A DNA stretch of 63,199 nucleotides from Neolecta irregularis DAH-3. Its lineage: Eukaryota. Below, in pieces: positions 12,318-25,390 of the stretch. Location: positions 1 through 63,199 of the forward strand of contig LXFE01000411.1 of assembly GCA_001929475.1 (NCBI GenBank). Reading direction: 5' to 3'. Position numbers and translations under genes: made by a program. The notes below the pieces were generated by a model, which had not been told where the DNA came from, did not search any database, and saw only the letters and a program-made list of their open reading frames with translations. Within the stretch, counting starts at the first letter, position 1. Every line of letters begins with the position of its first letter.

Positions 12318-13352
12318 TTACAAATGTGTTCCGCGCGAAATGTAAAATACGCGAAACGTGAAGGGAAATAACCACCGCCACCACACCCACTCAAAGCTTT
12401 GCTTATACTCACCTAGATGCCTGTTATCTCGATATTCGAAGCGCTGGCTCCTTGTGGTGTCACGAGAGAAGATTCTCAACCTATTATCGAGATCTAGACG
12501 ATTCAATGCGTATGGTCGTTCTTTCTGGGTCAAATATCGAGTTCTTTCGATTGAATGAGGCATACAAAAACCGCCTATGATCCCGACAAAAACTGTAACG
12601 ATCCCTTCAATTATGAAAATCCATGCCCAACCTTTCAACCAGACTTTGACAGGAGGCGAGATACCTCCAAGACCGGCCTTTCCGTGAAATTGTCCAATTC
12701 CTACAGCAAGAAGACCTCCAAACGCACCAGCCAACGAACTTGCACTCCAAAACATTCCTAGACGGAGTTGAAGTTCATGACGCTTGTACCACCCACTGAG
12801 ATCTATCTCCTTTAGTAACTATAGGCGACTCATGACGTACAAAGAATGATTCCAGGAAGAATTCCAGCTTCAGTTAAACCCAGAAAAATCTAACAACATA
12901 AAGTCCTTCCTTGGTTTTCACCGTGCCCTCTAGTGTAGAAACGATCCCCCAAACTATCACAAGACCAGGTACTAAATCATAAGCAAAGAATTCTAAATCC
13001 GGATATTTACGCCAGGTATTAGGACCAACAGTTTTAATCACAAGATTTGAAGGTATCTCGAAGATAATATACTGAATGTATAAAACCGTCAAGGCGATTC
13101 TGTGTGACAAATCATTTTGAGATCTGCAAGAAGGCCTTCGATACCAGCATTCCCTAGTAATTTATTCAACAGAGCTTTCGTTCGATCCAAAACGCTCAAG
13201 AGATAAAATACAACAGTTATCGGTACAACTAAAATTTCAATTTTTCTAACCAGCTGCCGATCGAATGCCGGTGTCTATTCGTTTGTGTAGGTAGATTCTT
13301 GGCTAATATCTGCAACTGGGTTCGCGGTGACATTAGCTTTCTCTGATGTCAT
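12318..13352 (-). pseudogene. Disrupted MFS transporter (anion:cation symporter / allantoate-nicotinate permease family), C-terminal half missing
   Basis: ATG 13352 is followed by an in-frame TAG at 13275-13277, before RQLVRKIEILVVP..YLLSVLDR. There is a frameshift before YIIFEIPSNLV. Homology continues through LAGAFGGLLA and GWAWIFIIEG and ends after YLTQKER..ALNRL. Confidence 0.8.
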
Positions 13353-13540
13353 TTTGGAATTGTAAAGTGTGAGGAGGGGAAACCCGCTTTGACTAGGGAA
13401 AACTTCCCAGTCGCTGAGAGGAGGGAGATATCAAGGAACAAGTAGTTTTTGTCCATCAATGTGGCGTCTGTACGTGGTGCCCCGTTATCTGCGCAAAATA
13501 ATGTTCTCAGGCGTTCTATTGGAAAATTTAAATAGCTAGC

Positions 13541-14365
13541 TTACAATGGTCTATCGGTCTTCATGGTCCTTTCAAACTGATATCGAATTTCCAAAGGGGT
13601 GATCCATTCTCCGTCTGCTCTTGCTGGTGTCGGATATTCATATGCAGTTGCGACGAGGTGGAAAGGCCTCAAGTGATAAAATCTAAAATACCAATTTAGC
13701 CGCATCCCATTTCGATAGACATGAGCTACATCTTGATAATTTCTGGGGGCGTGGTCCCATTTCTCTAGGTCGCAGATATTACGAAACTCGATTGCTTGCA
13801 GATCTGTAACGAGTCCGAGCCCAATTCCTTTTACAAATGACTCTTTGAGAGACCATAGTTGGAAGAATCTAGTTGTTCTCTTTTCGGGGATTGATTCAAT
13901 GAATTTGTATTCTGAAGCTGTGAAAACTTGTTTAAATGCATCCATCCAATCGAATTCTTCTCCATCCAGCATTGCGATATGTACAATATCGACGCCTACC
14001 CGCTTTCCATCCGCTCTTGATGCCAATACAACTATTCCAGAATGATGCGAGACGTTATAGTCTACATTTTTCAGGACCTGAGAATCGATTCTTGGTTTAT
14101 GCCCATCTTGACGAATTAATTTAATTGAGTTCCAAGGAACGTTGTAACTTTGAGCGAAAAAATAGCGCTGAAGAAGCTGTGATCCAAGAGCCAATCTTTT
14201 ATCTGCACGATGATAAAAGGCAACAACTTGCTTTTGGATATTCTCTGAAAGTAATGATAAGGATGAATCGAACTGTTGTAGTGGTGATTAGATAATATCA
14301 AAGGGGCGCACACTATCTTTGTCCGTCCAGGCTGATTCGGCGTCGAAAAGCAAAATGGGGTTCAT
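13541..14365 (-). CDS. LYS5: Sfp-type 4'-phosphopantetheinyl transferase (aminoadipate reductase PPTase)
   Basis: ALGSQLLQR, GHKP, DYNVSHH, VGVDIV and FFQLWSLKESFVKGIGLGL (ACPS motifs). A short first exon from ATG 14365 is inferred. Confidence 0.92.
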
Positions 14366-14815
14366 TGTGTGCGGATGCACATGGAAAACCGCGACACCTT
14401 TAAAATCCACCAACCTCACCAGCGCCCGCAGAGAATTTTAGTTGTAGTTTTTTATAGTATGTTGAATTATGAACCTCAAAGTTTTGGAATTCAAGATCAC
14501 TTATGTTTTGTAGATGGCTCAGCGAGATAGTGATGAAGTGTATAATGGACTGTGCTGTGGGCGGTGGGCGGCTTTACAGGTGTACCAAATTGTGGTGGAT
14601 TTGAATGGTGACATTATATACCTTTTTTATCTTAGTAATTCTGAATCGAAATTTGCTTTTTTGATATATAGTTATGTTTATATTATTTCTTTTTAATGTT
14701 TATATGGTATCTCTACTGTCGAGGCATTATATTGGTATATTATCTCAAAGCAAGAGTCTAAGAGATAAAAATAAGTTTCTCTCATCAATTTCTTAACTTC
14801 CCATTATTTCCATAA

Positions 14816-14933
14816 TCAGTAGGAATCGATAACGAAGGAACGCAGCGGATGGGTTCTGTTCACCTTGATTGAATTTCCACGGTGGAATATCTTACCATGA
14901 AAGCCACTTTCATGATGCAGTCAATATCATCAC
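14816..14933 (-). ncRNA. Candidate box C/D snoRNA
   Basis: On the minus strand, box C GTGATGA (14933-14927) and box D CTGA (14819-14816) enclose a three-way junction and a CGCTGCGTTC tract antisense to conserved 5.8S rRNA GAACGCAGCG. Confidence 0.35.
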
Positions 14934-15084
14934 CGGACATCACCTGAAGCTTTATATGTATAGAATGTATTATCAAAACAGTTGAGCAGCATCTATGTAT
15001 TTAGTCACCAGGAAATAGAGTCGAAACATTGAGAGATGTAGTTGGTCGACAAGCGACGTCCAAGTATCCACTCATCTTATCTCA

Positions 15085-17043
15085 ATGTCCCTAAAAGTTC
15101 CCACAGGCGCCGGTCCTCAACTATTCAAGCAGACTACGAATCTTCAGGGTATCGAGGATGCAGTTATAAGGAATATTCATGCTGTCAACGGTACACCTCA
15201 TTTTTCTTCTAATTACGCAAAACTGAATTATTTTCTGGGCAGAACTTTCGGAAATTGTACGAACATCACTTGGTCCCAACGGTCGAAACAAAATAGTCAT
15301 CAATCATTTGCAAAAGTTGTTCTTGACTAATGATGCCGCTACCATTATCAAAGAATTAGATGTCGTTCATCCAGCTGCCAAAATCTTGGTCATGGCTAGT
15401 CAGCAACAAGAATCTGAAGTATATCTATCTAAATTTTCTTTTTCACTGCCTTTTTCTCGTGCGGGCCTTTGGACTGACTTTTTTTGTAGCTTGGAGATGC
15501 GACAAATTTGGTCATGGTGTTTGCAGGGGAATTGTTGAAGAAGGCAGAGTCTTTATTGACGATGGGATTACATCCTTCAGAAATTATCAAAGGGTATGAA
15601 ATGGCTCAGGATTATACCTTGAAGACGCTCAATGGTGATTTTCTTTTTCCTTTTTATTTTGCTGATGCGTATTAGAATTAGCAATTGACAAGGTATCTGA
15701 TACGAAATCCAAAACGGAACTCGCAAAAGCAATTAAGACAGCTATTGCGTCTAAACAATATGGAAATGAAGATCTACTAAGCGAACTCGTGGCTGAAGCT
15801 GTGTTGGCAGTCATGCCTAAAAATCCTCTCAATTTCAACATTGACAATGTTCGAGTCGTAAAGGTTATGGGTAGTAATTTGGTTGAGAGCAAAGTTGTTC
15901 GAGGGATGGTGTTTGCGCGAGAGCCGGAGGGTAGGGTTACTAAAGCTGGACGGTCAAAAGTCGCTGTTTATTCTTGTGGAATCGATATTGGTCAGACAGA
16001 GACGAAGGGAACGGTCTTGTTACACAATGCAAAAGAGATGCTCGAGTTCTCAAAGGGAGAAGAGGCTCAGATGGAAGATGTATATTTTCTTGTACCTGGG
16101 TATGAGCTTACTGTCTAGAGTATAAAGCAGATATGGGATGCTGGAGTTCGTGTTGTTGTGTCGGGAGGAGCAATTGGAGATCTTGCTCTTCATTTTCTGA
16201 ATCGGTTCGATATTCTCGTTGTCAAAGTTTTGAGTAAATTTGACTTGAGGCGGCTGTGTCGAGTGGTTGGAGCTACACCTTTGGCTCGAGTAGGGGCGCC
16301 GATGCCGGAGGAGATGGGCAATATTGATATTGTGGAGACAGTAGAGATTGGAGGAGATCGGGTTACCGTTTTTCGTCAAGGTGGGATCATTTATGGAGAA
16401 GCTGATTTTCAGAGAATGAAGTTACCAAGACGGCGACGATTGTGCTTCGAGGAGCGACTCAGAACCGTCTTGATGACGTTGAACGAGCCATTGACGATGG
16501 GGTCAATGTTGTCAAGGCCATTGCCAAAGATCCGCGACTAGTGCCGGGGGCCGGGGCGACTGAAATGGAGCTCTTCAAGCGAACGTTTGCGTTTGGAGAG
16601 AAAACCCCTGGAATATTCCAACATGTTATCAAGAAATATGCGGAGGCATTTGAGGTCGTGCCACGGACCCTTGCGGAGACTGCGGGGCTTGACGCAACGG
16701 ATGTGTTGAGCAAGCTGCATGCCGCCCACCACAAGAACGACGATGGAGTGATGGGCGTGGATATTGATGTATAACTTCCTGGACGTGGCAGTTCCGGCTA
16801 AATACGGCAGGAGCAGGGATGCGGCAGTCTTGTGGACGCAAATGAACGGGGGATCCTGGATGTGCTTAGTGCGAAACACTGGGCTGTGCGCCTTGCTACG
16901 GATGCGGCACTCACGATCCTGGCGGTGGATCAGATTATCATGTCGAAGCGTAAGAGTCTGGTATTTTGAGCAGCACTGATACTGGAGCAGCTGCGGGCGG
17001 ACCCAAGCCCCCGGCGCAGAAGGCGAACTGGGACGAGGACTGA
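15085..17043 (+). CDS. CCT8: Chaperonin CCT/TRiC subunit theta
   Basis: TSLGPNGRNKIVINHLQKLFLTNDAATIIKELDVVHPAAK, KVLSKFDLRRLCRVVGATPL, LRGATQNRLDDVERAIDDGVN and C-terminal AGGPKPP..NWDED*. Confidence 0.98.
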
Positions 17044-17065
17044 GAGACTAAGAGCAGTCACAGGC

Positions 17066-17080
17066 TATATATATATATAT
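17066..17080. repeat. (TA)n microsatellite between CCT8 and the BEM2-like gene
   Basis: tatatatatatatat. Confidence 0.85.
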
Positions 17081-17306
17081 GCACACAATAGAGACAAAGG
17101 GACTCGAATGAGACCGGGGCGCCGCCAAATACCGCCGGTGCCTGTGCCAAAAGCCGCAGTTGTCCCTGTCGCGCTGGTGGTACTTGCCTCACCACCACTG
17201 CTACTCCCCAGCTGCTACTACACCACAGCACTCAACCACCCAGGCCACAGTGCCAGTCTGTTGCCGCTCTGGCATTGTAGAGTCCTGCTGCGACTGGCCG
17301 CCTGAC

Positions 17307-20300
17307 ATGCGTGGATCTTTCAGCAGGCACCCGCAGCAGCAGCAGCAGCAGCAACAACAACAACAACCAATGCACTCGCCGACTGCTACTGCTGCTACTA
17401 CTCCGCCTGCTCCCGCTCCTGCTGATGCCGCCGTCCACTCGCCGCGGATGCACAATGCCATCTCGGCCCTGCTGTCCCGCGCCCGCCGCCTGCCCCAGAA
17501 ATCGCCGCCCAATCCTCCGTCCCGTCCCGCGGCCGCTCCCCTCGACATAAGCAACACACCTCCGCCGTCCACTGTCTTCAAGAGCATCAGCCGCTCCATG
17601 AACGATCTCGCCTATCTCACCCGCTGCACACCCTCCCCGCCCTCCTCCAGCAGCTCCCCCCTGCATCCCACCATCGACGAATACGCAAAATGGCCCTCCA
17701 TCCCCGCAATCAGCGTCTGGGGCCCAGAGGACCGCCGCAGGCAACACGTCCCATCAGTCGTCCACCAGGGCTGGCTCTACAAGAAACCAGATGGCTCCTC
17801 AAAGAGAGTTGGCTTCCACAAATGGAAACAGCAGTGGGTCGTCCTTAGGGACAGCAAGCTCATGATCTACAACGCCGGCGAAGACGGTGGCTTGAAAACA
17901 AGCAAAAGCATGCTCTTCAATCCAACAATGAGCTCCAGCGAATCGTCCCTCCTCGGCCTTCTCGAGCCGGTCAATTTCGATCCCACCATTCGAGGCCTCC
18001 TCTTTGACGACGAAGGTGCAAAATTCTCTTATGCTGATACCTTTGTCGAGATTGGAGCACCCCCGACCGCTACTGAGCGCGGTAATGCAAGCGTCTTCTT
18101 TCTTGGAAACAGACTCATTGTCTGCAAACATCGCCGCACTCACCGTAGGCTCGGTAGCATCCAAAGCATGGGTTCCGCTGAAGACGACACTGCAAGCGAC
18201 GACGACATGCAAAGATGGAGATTGGATTCCATATACCAAGTCAACCAGATCGAGGTTCTCCTCGACCCCCTTCTAGACCAAGCTGGAAACTCAAAAACAG
18301 TTGTCGTTATTGAAAAGAAAGGCACAAAGCGGTGGCTAGTCCCCAGTTCAAAAGCCTCTGGAGAACGGTTTTCCGACCAGCACGCTTTCCAAAGAGAAAA
18401 TCACACATTGGGTGCAAGACCTTCCACAGCCCCTGCACAATTTTCCGAAAGTATCACTTGATCTTAACCCGCCTGTCTAACTTGTAGTATCCCGGAAGAG
18501 CATGCTCTCAACTTTTCGTCATGCACACACCTTTCGTCATCCGGACCTGAAATTTGATGATCAGGGCAATGTATTTTGTGGAACAGTCGAAGCAGTTTGT
18601 CACGAGCTGTTATTTGGGCCCGGATCTACATCAGATTCTAGCGGCATTTTCGTCACCGCTGCCAAAACGATAGGCTTTTGGGCTCCAACTGACGTTGTAC
18701 TCAATGCTCTCACCGCTTACGCCGGGGTTTCAAACTGTACCTCTCGGCTGCAAGATCTGTTGAGAATTTGGGTTGATTGTTGTCCCGGACTTACGATCGA
18801 AGATCAAAATTTAACAGCGTTAATCACTTTGATCAATGAGGGTGTCGGGAAATACGATGCTGCGACCGCTGATTATTGGAAGGACGTAATCTCCGAGTCC
18901 AGAAATGCATTACAGTCTATCCCTCTGTCTCCTATAGCTTCTCCTATCGGTACCACTCCCCTCTTGTAATGTATAACAAACTTGCAGATAACTGCGGCCT
19001 CGATTTTGCAAACATCCTTCTTGACGGGTTAACTCCACACGCTATCCTTGAAATCCCCGTGGATGCTTTTTCCGAACAATTGCATCTTTTTCATTACAAA
19101 TGTCTGCATATATGGGATCCTAGTATCGACTTGTCCGTCTTCTTTTCCTCTGGAACTCGTAATCCACTTTTATTCGCATCCAACGAACCTCACTTTATCA
19201 CTACCGTTGTTCTCGATCATATTCTTGTATCTTGTCAATCTCCATCTTCTTTCGAGGAGCGTCGACGTGTGCTAAGTCAATGGATTGGAATTGGACTTAC
19301 TTCGAAACGACGGGGCGATTTAGTCGGATGGCTTGCTATCGTCATGGCAGTTTGCTCTCCCAGCGTATTGCGACTACAAGATACTTGGGGCTCGATCGAT
19401 CCTAGTTTGCGCAATCGTGTTTGTAAGAATTGGGCCCCTGTTTTGTATGATATGAATCGCCTTGCTAGAGACTTGAAGGAGGCTTCAGATTCCCCTAATG
19501 ATACCCTTTCTGCTCATGTTTTGGCGCCGGATAGCTCGGATGAGGATAGCGACTATTTGGATTTTGTTGTCCCTTTCTTTGGCGATTTGAGGGAGGCGGT
19601 GAGGAGTGTTGAACCACAGTTTGATGGAAAGGTAACCGCTTTCTTTTTTATAATACTGAAATCCAGGAAAATATAATTGCAAAAGACGTGGATCTGACCA
19701 ACTGTCGTCGTGTTCTCAATGCCGTCGAGGATGCTCTTGCTCGGTGGACGGAATTCGTTGGAAAGTCAACTAAGACAAACAGGCCGTTCAATGCCGATGC
19801 AATCCCTAGTCTCCAGGCTTGTCTAAAGACATGTTCTACTACCAATACTTCTCTCTCAAACGTTTCTCCTCCGAATTACGTAAAACTGTCATTCATTTGC
19901 GAACCAAGGCTTCGAGGAAATTATGTCCAGCATCATTATGCGCAGCGTCGACTGTTTGTTACTGGAGCTTTTGTCCCATTAGTCTTTACCGATATAATTC
20001 CAAGTCATAAATTATTTGAACGGGTCGATTTACTCGAAGTAACTGGAGTCGTCCAGCGAAAAACTTCGGTGTCGAATCTGCAGGTTAGAGCAACTATGGA
20101 TCATCCTCGGTCACCTAGATCAAACTCTGTCTTTGGAGAAAGACCCCGAACTATGTCTACACTTCGAAGAAACAATTCCTATCCTCCTTCTCAACCTTCA
20201 AGCTTTACTACTGGTCATCGAGATCTTGATCGAGTTACCCGGAGTCGTATCGCGGGGCTCAAATGTCGAAATCTTTCAATGTTGAAGAGCATGAGAGATA

Positions 20301-23300
20301 TCGCTGGGGTTGAAGAGTTTCTTTATCAGACTATTGACGGGGAACTCGTGTTGAAAACTACTTCAGATGAAGGCATCAAGTCGCGACCAACAAGTTTGAT
20401 TGAGATTTCTTCAAAAAGGATGAGCACTTCGTCGAAACGAAGTTCGGTGCTTGCGCCAAATGGACTGCTTAATCCTCGATCCCCTTCGGAGTTCATGATC
20501 CATGGAGATATCCCGTCCACTGCAGCCTTTGCCGACGTTGTTACAAAAGCAGGATCTCTCGAGCGGTTGGTTGATTTACTTGTTCTTGGAGTCGAAGAGT
20601 TTGAAAGTCAAATTCAAGTTGTTTTCGGCTCAGATATGCAACGAAGTGTTCCGCATCTCCAGATGGATCTCGAAATCTATACTGCGACCTTTCTGGCAAC
20701 ATACCGAAGTTTCTGCTCACCTGTTTTACTCTTGGAGTTTCTTCGCAAACGACTCATCGGTGCCAAGCATGCTGCAGCTCATATTGCTTCCCGACAACGC
20801 GAAGACGGCAAACGGGATGAGAATTTCCCGGAATGGTCATTTGTTGATGCTGCTGATGATGTTGTCGAGAAAATTGATTGGCAACTCGTTTCAAAAATTC
20901 AACTTGGCGTTCTTGAAGTCATTCTTAGCTGGATCAGCGATTACTACTTTGACTTTCTTGATCATCCAGACTTGCGAGAGACCTTTTCTTCCTTCTTGCG
21001 GACTAGTATGGCACAGCTGCAGGATTGGAAGCATCTTTCAAAAGAGAAAATTGATCTTATTCTGGCAAAAGAGCACTTTGAACTACTGGTTGACAAAATT
21101 ACTAAAGAATATGTAAAGACTTCTTATCAACCGACTTTTCGATCAGCTATCGAGCTTCCTGAAACCCCTATCACTAGATCTTACATTCCTATCCCGCAAT
21201 TTCGAGATTTTGCAACGTTGAACACGTTATTGAACAATATGGATGAAGTTGTTAGTACTGTTTATCGATCGGCAAGACAAGACGATTGGATGATCACATT
21301 TGAAATTTTTGAAAATCAAAGTATCGATCCCCTTGGATTTTATCCTCGGAAACAACCTCACGTTATATCAGATGACGATACCGTAATTCAAGATATCTTT
21401 ATCCATTTAAGCAACTTGCACCATGCACAATCTGAAAAACAGCTTCTTGAAGCATTACCCTCGCCCATGCGAAAATTGCATCAGTTGCATTTTAATATCA
21501 AAACTTGGGTGATTAATCGGATTACGGAAACAGTTGTTGATCAACGTGATCGAATTTCGAGAATTCAGACATTTCTTATGCTTTTGGCAATCAGTAAGAA
21601 ACGCATGTCAAGCATGGATTTCTATCCATTATCAACCCGCCTTCCGCAAAATTCGGATCAACTCCGCTTTAGTGTCCCTTCCTTTGTTGGAAACGCCATT
21701 TCGGCTGCGTTGGTTAGTCCCGAGAGTCGGATGTTTGCTTCAGCTTGGTACTTTGCGGTTGGAAACGACCAACAAGGACGCGTAGCGGACACCCTAACTG
21801 AGGTTCTTCCTTTGGTCAGTGATAATGCTCCTATTACAAAAGAGTTGCTTGTTCCATGCGTTGGATGGACTCTTGAAAGAATGTTGGAAATCGCTTGTTA
21901 CGTCCCAGATATGTCGATCGAAAATACTCGGCTCGTCAATTTCGATAAACGGCGATATGTGTTTAATCTCGTGAATAATTTGATCCGACAAGAAAATGCT
22001 CTGCCGGTCAAAAGTTTGGAGATGAATCCTTTACGATTTTTACTGAGTGATACAAAACTCCTCGACAAGACCGCTCGGAAGCTGATTCGTGAGATCGCAT
22101 ATAAAGAACTCCAGGCCGCCAGGGCGTCGAAACTTCATAAACCATTCGGGGCGCTAATCTTTGCGGAGCAGGAGAAATTGCGGCGTGATTTCAGGCATCG
22201 GGAGGCTGTGGAACGGTGTATTCGAGATCAGAAGCGCAAACGCTCTGAGCCTGGTAAACTGATAGAAACATTTGGGCCTCGAATCTCTTCGGGTCGGAGG
22301 TTGGGTGTGAATTCAATTTTGAAAGCCGTTCGACCTATCTCGGTAGCCATTTCAAGCAACTTTAATCCTTCCCAGGAACGCTCTGAATCTGAAAATTCGG
22401 CAGTTTCACATTTTCCAACATCGACGGAAAGCATCCCTTCAGTGACTATCAACCTTTCTGGAGCTGTAATTACGCCATCAAAAAAAGATTCCTCATTTCG
22501 TATCAAGACCGATAATGGATCTGACTTTTGGTTCCAAGCTACCAGTGCCGATGAGTTTGATGATTGGAAAAGAGTTTTAGCCGAGGTTACAGCAGATAGT
22601 TTGGCTCAAGCTGCCCTGGCTGAAGAGTGGAGAATTAGAAAACAGTCCAAGAAAGGTAATCTACTTTTTTATGGTCGATTCTTACGTAACCAAGTCTTCG
22701 GAGTAGATCTTGATGAGCTTTGCGAGCGCGATGGACAGGACATTCCTATTGCTGTAGAGATTCTTCTTAATGAAATAGAGCGGAGAGGTATACGACCGTT
22801 CAAGGTACTTTATTAACCTTGCAGGTCTCAAAGAACTTGGGTTATACCGTGTACCTGGTTCTGTCAACAGCATTAACGCCATGAAAACTGCATTTGATTC
22901 TGGTATACCCGTTGATTTGGACGACGATAAATATGCGGATATTAATGTCATTGCTGGAACATTGAAAGGATGGCTTCGGGATCTCCCCGAGTCTTTGCTC
23001 ACGGATGCGTTATATGACAGGTTCATCTGCGCAATAAGTATCGTGCCAGAATTGAGTTTTTTACTAATCCAAAAGGTATGAAGAATTTTGATGAAAGACT
23101 CTATGCGTTAAGAGATCTAATTCATGAACTTCCTAGACGGAATTTTGAAGTCCTTCGCAGATTCACCCAGCATCTTGAAAAGTATTCCGTCAGATTTTTG
23201 GAAACAAATTAATACCTTTAGGGTTACCATGCACGAAGATCAAAATCAAATGTTTCCGCATAATCTCGCAATCGTCTTTGGTCCCAGTCTCCTCCGCAAC

Positions 23301-23570
23301 CGAAATGATAGTCTCTCTGTATCTATGGGTAATCTCGGCTATAGTCAGAGTGTTGTCAAAGAACTTATTCTTCAATGCGAATGGATTTTTACACCAGATC
23401 CGGAGATGGTTACGCCTAATGAGAATACTCCCCCTCAGACTTCTGCAGGTCCTGAATCTAACCCAGATCAACTATTTCCAATGGACGATCACAGCCGATC
23501 CAGCTCTGACACTTCGGATCGTAATACAGTATCATTTTCTTCCCTGACGACAAATAATACTTCGCCATAA
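17307..23570 (+). CDS. BEM2: Large Rho GTPase-activating protein with PH, RasGEF(-N) and RhoGAP domains (Bem2-like)
   Basis: N-terminal PH (HQGWLYKK..HKWKQQWVVLRDSKLMIY). RasGEF-like segments GDLVGWLAIVMAVCS..VLRL..TW, VPFFGD, KAGSLERLVDLL, FLATYRSF and LVNFDKRRY. Second PH ending FWFQATSADEFDDWK. RhoGAP VFGVDL..IERRGLKELGLYRVPGS..NQMFPHNLAIVFGPSL. Confidence 0.88.
17334..17366 (+). repeat. (CAG)6(CAA)5 trinucleotide repeat encoding Q11
   Basis: Direct reading; it is in frame in the BEM2-like N-terminus. Confidence 0.95.
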
Positions 23571-24111
23571 TCCGCTGCGGACAACATTCCAGCTATGTTT
23601 TTTGTTCATCTCCTACATCGCAACCTACGCCAAAGTCGGGCCACTTTGGAATTGCGTAAGGAAATATTTATCACTAGCATCTTAGAAAGCCGGCTTTTCT
23701 CCCTTCTTCAAAAGTTCTGTTTTTATGACGAGGAAGGCGTTTAATCTTTAGTGTCGTTTTTGCATAGTGATGGAGTAAAAAAAACTATTTTCTTCTTCCG
23801 ACTTTGATGGTCTTCAGGGGTTGTATATATCAGCGACTGTGATTTTTGGGTATAACGAGAAAGAGTTGGGTTTCGCTGCATTTGAGGCAAATGTTGTACA
23901 GATAGCGCTGTGAAGGCAGAGGGAAGTCGGTTGAACTATAAAACCTGTAATTACTTTTATGTTACTTCGTGGTTTGTGACATGACATGACTTTAATTTCG
24001 TTTCTGTTTATGATGTGATGTCCTGGCGGTCGTTGAACTTTCAACAGCCTTATTTCGGTTTTCTTCTCCACCCTGGCTGTCAACACATCAGTCCTTTCGC
24101 TTCTCAATAAT

Positions 24112-25203
24112 ATGAGCGCAAATAAGGTAGAGGATCATCTGTTGGGAATACTACTTATAGCAAATAGTTCAAAGCAGCTCCTGTTCTTTCAGAGTCCGAG
24201 GGTATCAGCTCTCAGACCAAGGGGATATCTAACCTCCTTACAGAAAACAAATATCGCAAGAAGTGCAAAGACATTCGGAAAAGGATACGCGAAATCGAAG
24301 AGAACAACGAAAATTTGGTCCTCAAACTAGCAAGAACACGGCGGTCTGTTCAACGGCTCCGTCTCGAGCGCGCATTCCTCCAAGAAAAGCTCGAGGAACG
24401 GGAACATCCTATCGTTGATGACTCGGATGGATCTGCATCTACTCCAGCTTCGGTATGCTTCCACTATTAGGCATTCAAAGCCAGATGCTGATTGACAGTA
24501 GCCCGATCCAGACGAAAAATACTCTTCCAAATACCATGGAAATAACGGCAACGACTACTCTAATTATAGCATGGGCTTGGGAGATAGTACACTTGGATAT
24601 CAACAGAATAACGGCTTTTATAGCGGCTACCAACAACCATCCAATGCGAATTATGCACAATCTCCCATATCGCAGCAACCTGCCCTTGATCACACTCCAG
24701 TTGCAGACAACCATTCTGCTACTCCAAATATAACACAAACGACCTCCAAAAAGACAATCTCTGCTCATCTTGCAAACACACCCACCAGTACAATGAAGAC
24801 CCCCAGGTTGGCAAAGGATCCACATGCACCAAAGGTAACCAATAATGGCGGTAAATGTTATAACCATGATTAGCGTCCCGCAAACGCTTTTTTGAAGTTT
24901 TGCGATCTCGAACGAGAGCGTGTCAGGTCGGAGAACGAGGGAGTGGAAGGGTTCGAAATGACTAAAGCTATGGGTGTCGCTTGGCAAAATCTGGACGAAG
25001 AAGGTCGGAAGCCCTACTATGATCTCTATGAACAGGATAAACAGCGCTATGAAAGGGAAATGGAGAGTTATGTGCCGCCCATCACTGGCTCTCTGCCCGG
25101 CACAGTTGCTTCACCGACTATCAATACACCAGTTTCTAGTGGAGGCTTTACGGCAGTCAACAGAAAAACGGCCTCGACTGCTAAAGATGTAGAGATGCAG
25201 TAA
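24112..25203 (+). CDS. NHP10: INO80 complex HMG-box subunit (Nhp10/Nht1)
   Basis: Spliced NKYRKKCKDIRKRIREIEENNENLVLKLARTRRSVQRLRLERAFL, followed by HMG box KDPHAPK|RPANAFLKFCDLERERVR..TKAMGVAWQNLDEEGRKPYYDLYEQDKQRYEREM. Confidence 0.88.
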
Positions 25204-25390
25204 TATAACTTGGTCTGGATAATAAAACACTATGGACTTTCCGAGGGCGAATTAATGCTGGGTTCCAGATGTCGTGATTTCACGCAACTGCATCCTCATC
25301 ATGCCCCATTAGCAGCCTCCCAGCGTTATTTAAGCCCTGGCCTATCTTTGGGTCTGAACCCTATTCGTTAGTACTTCTCTATTGGACCAG

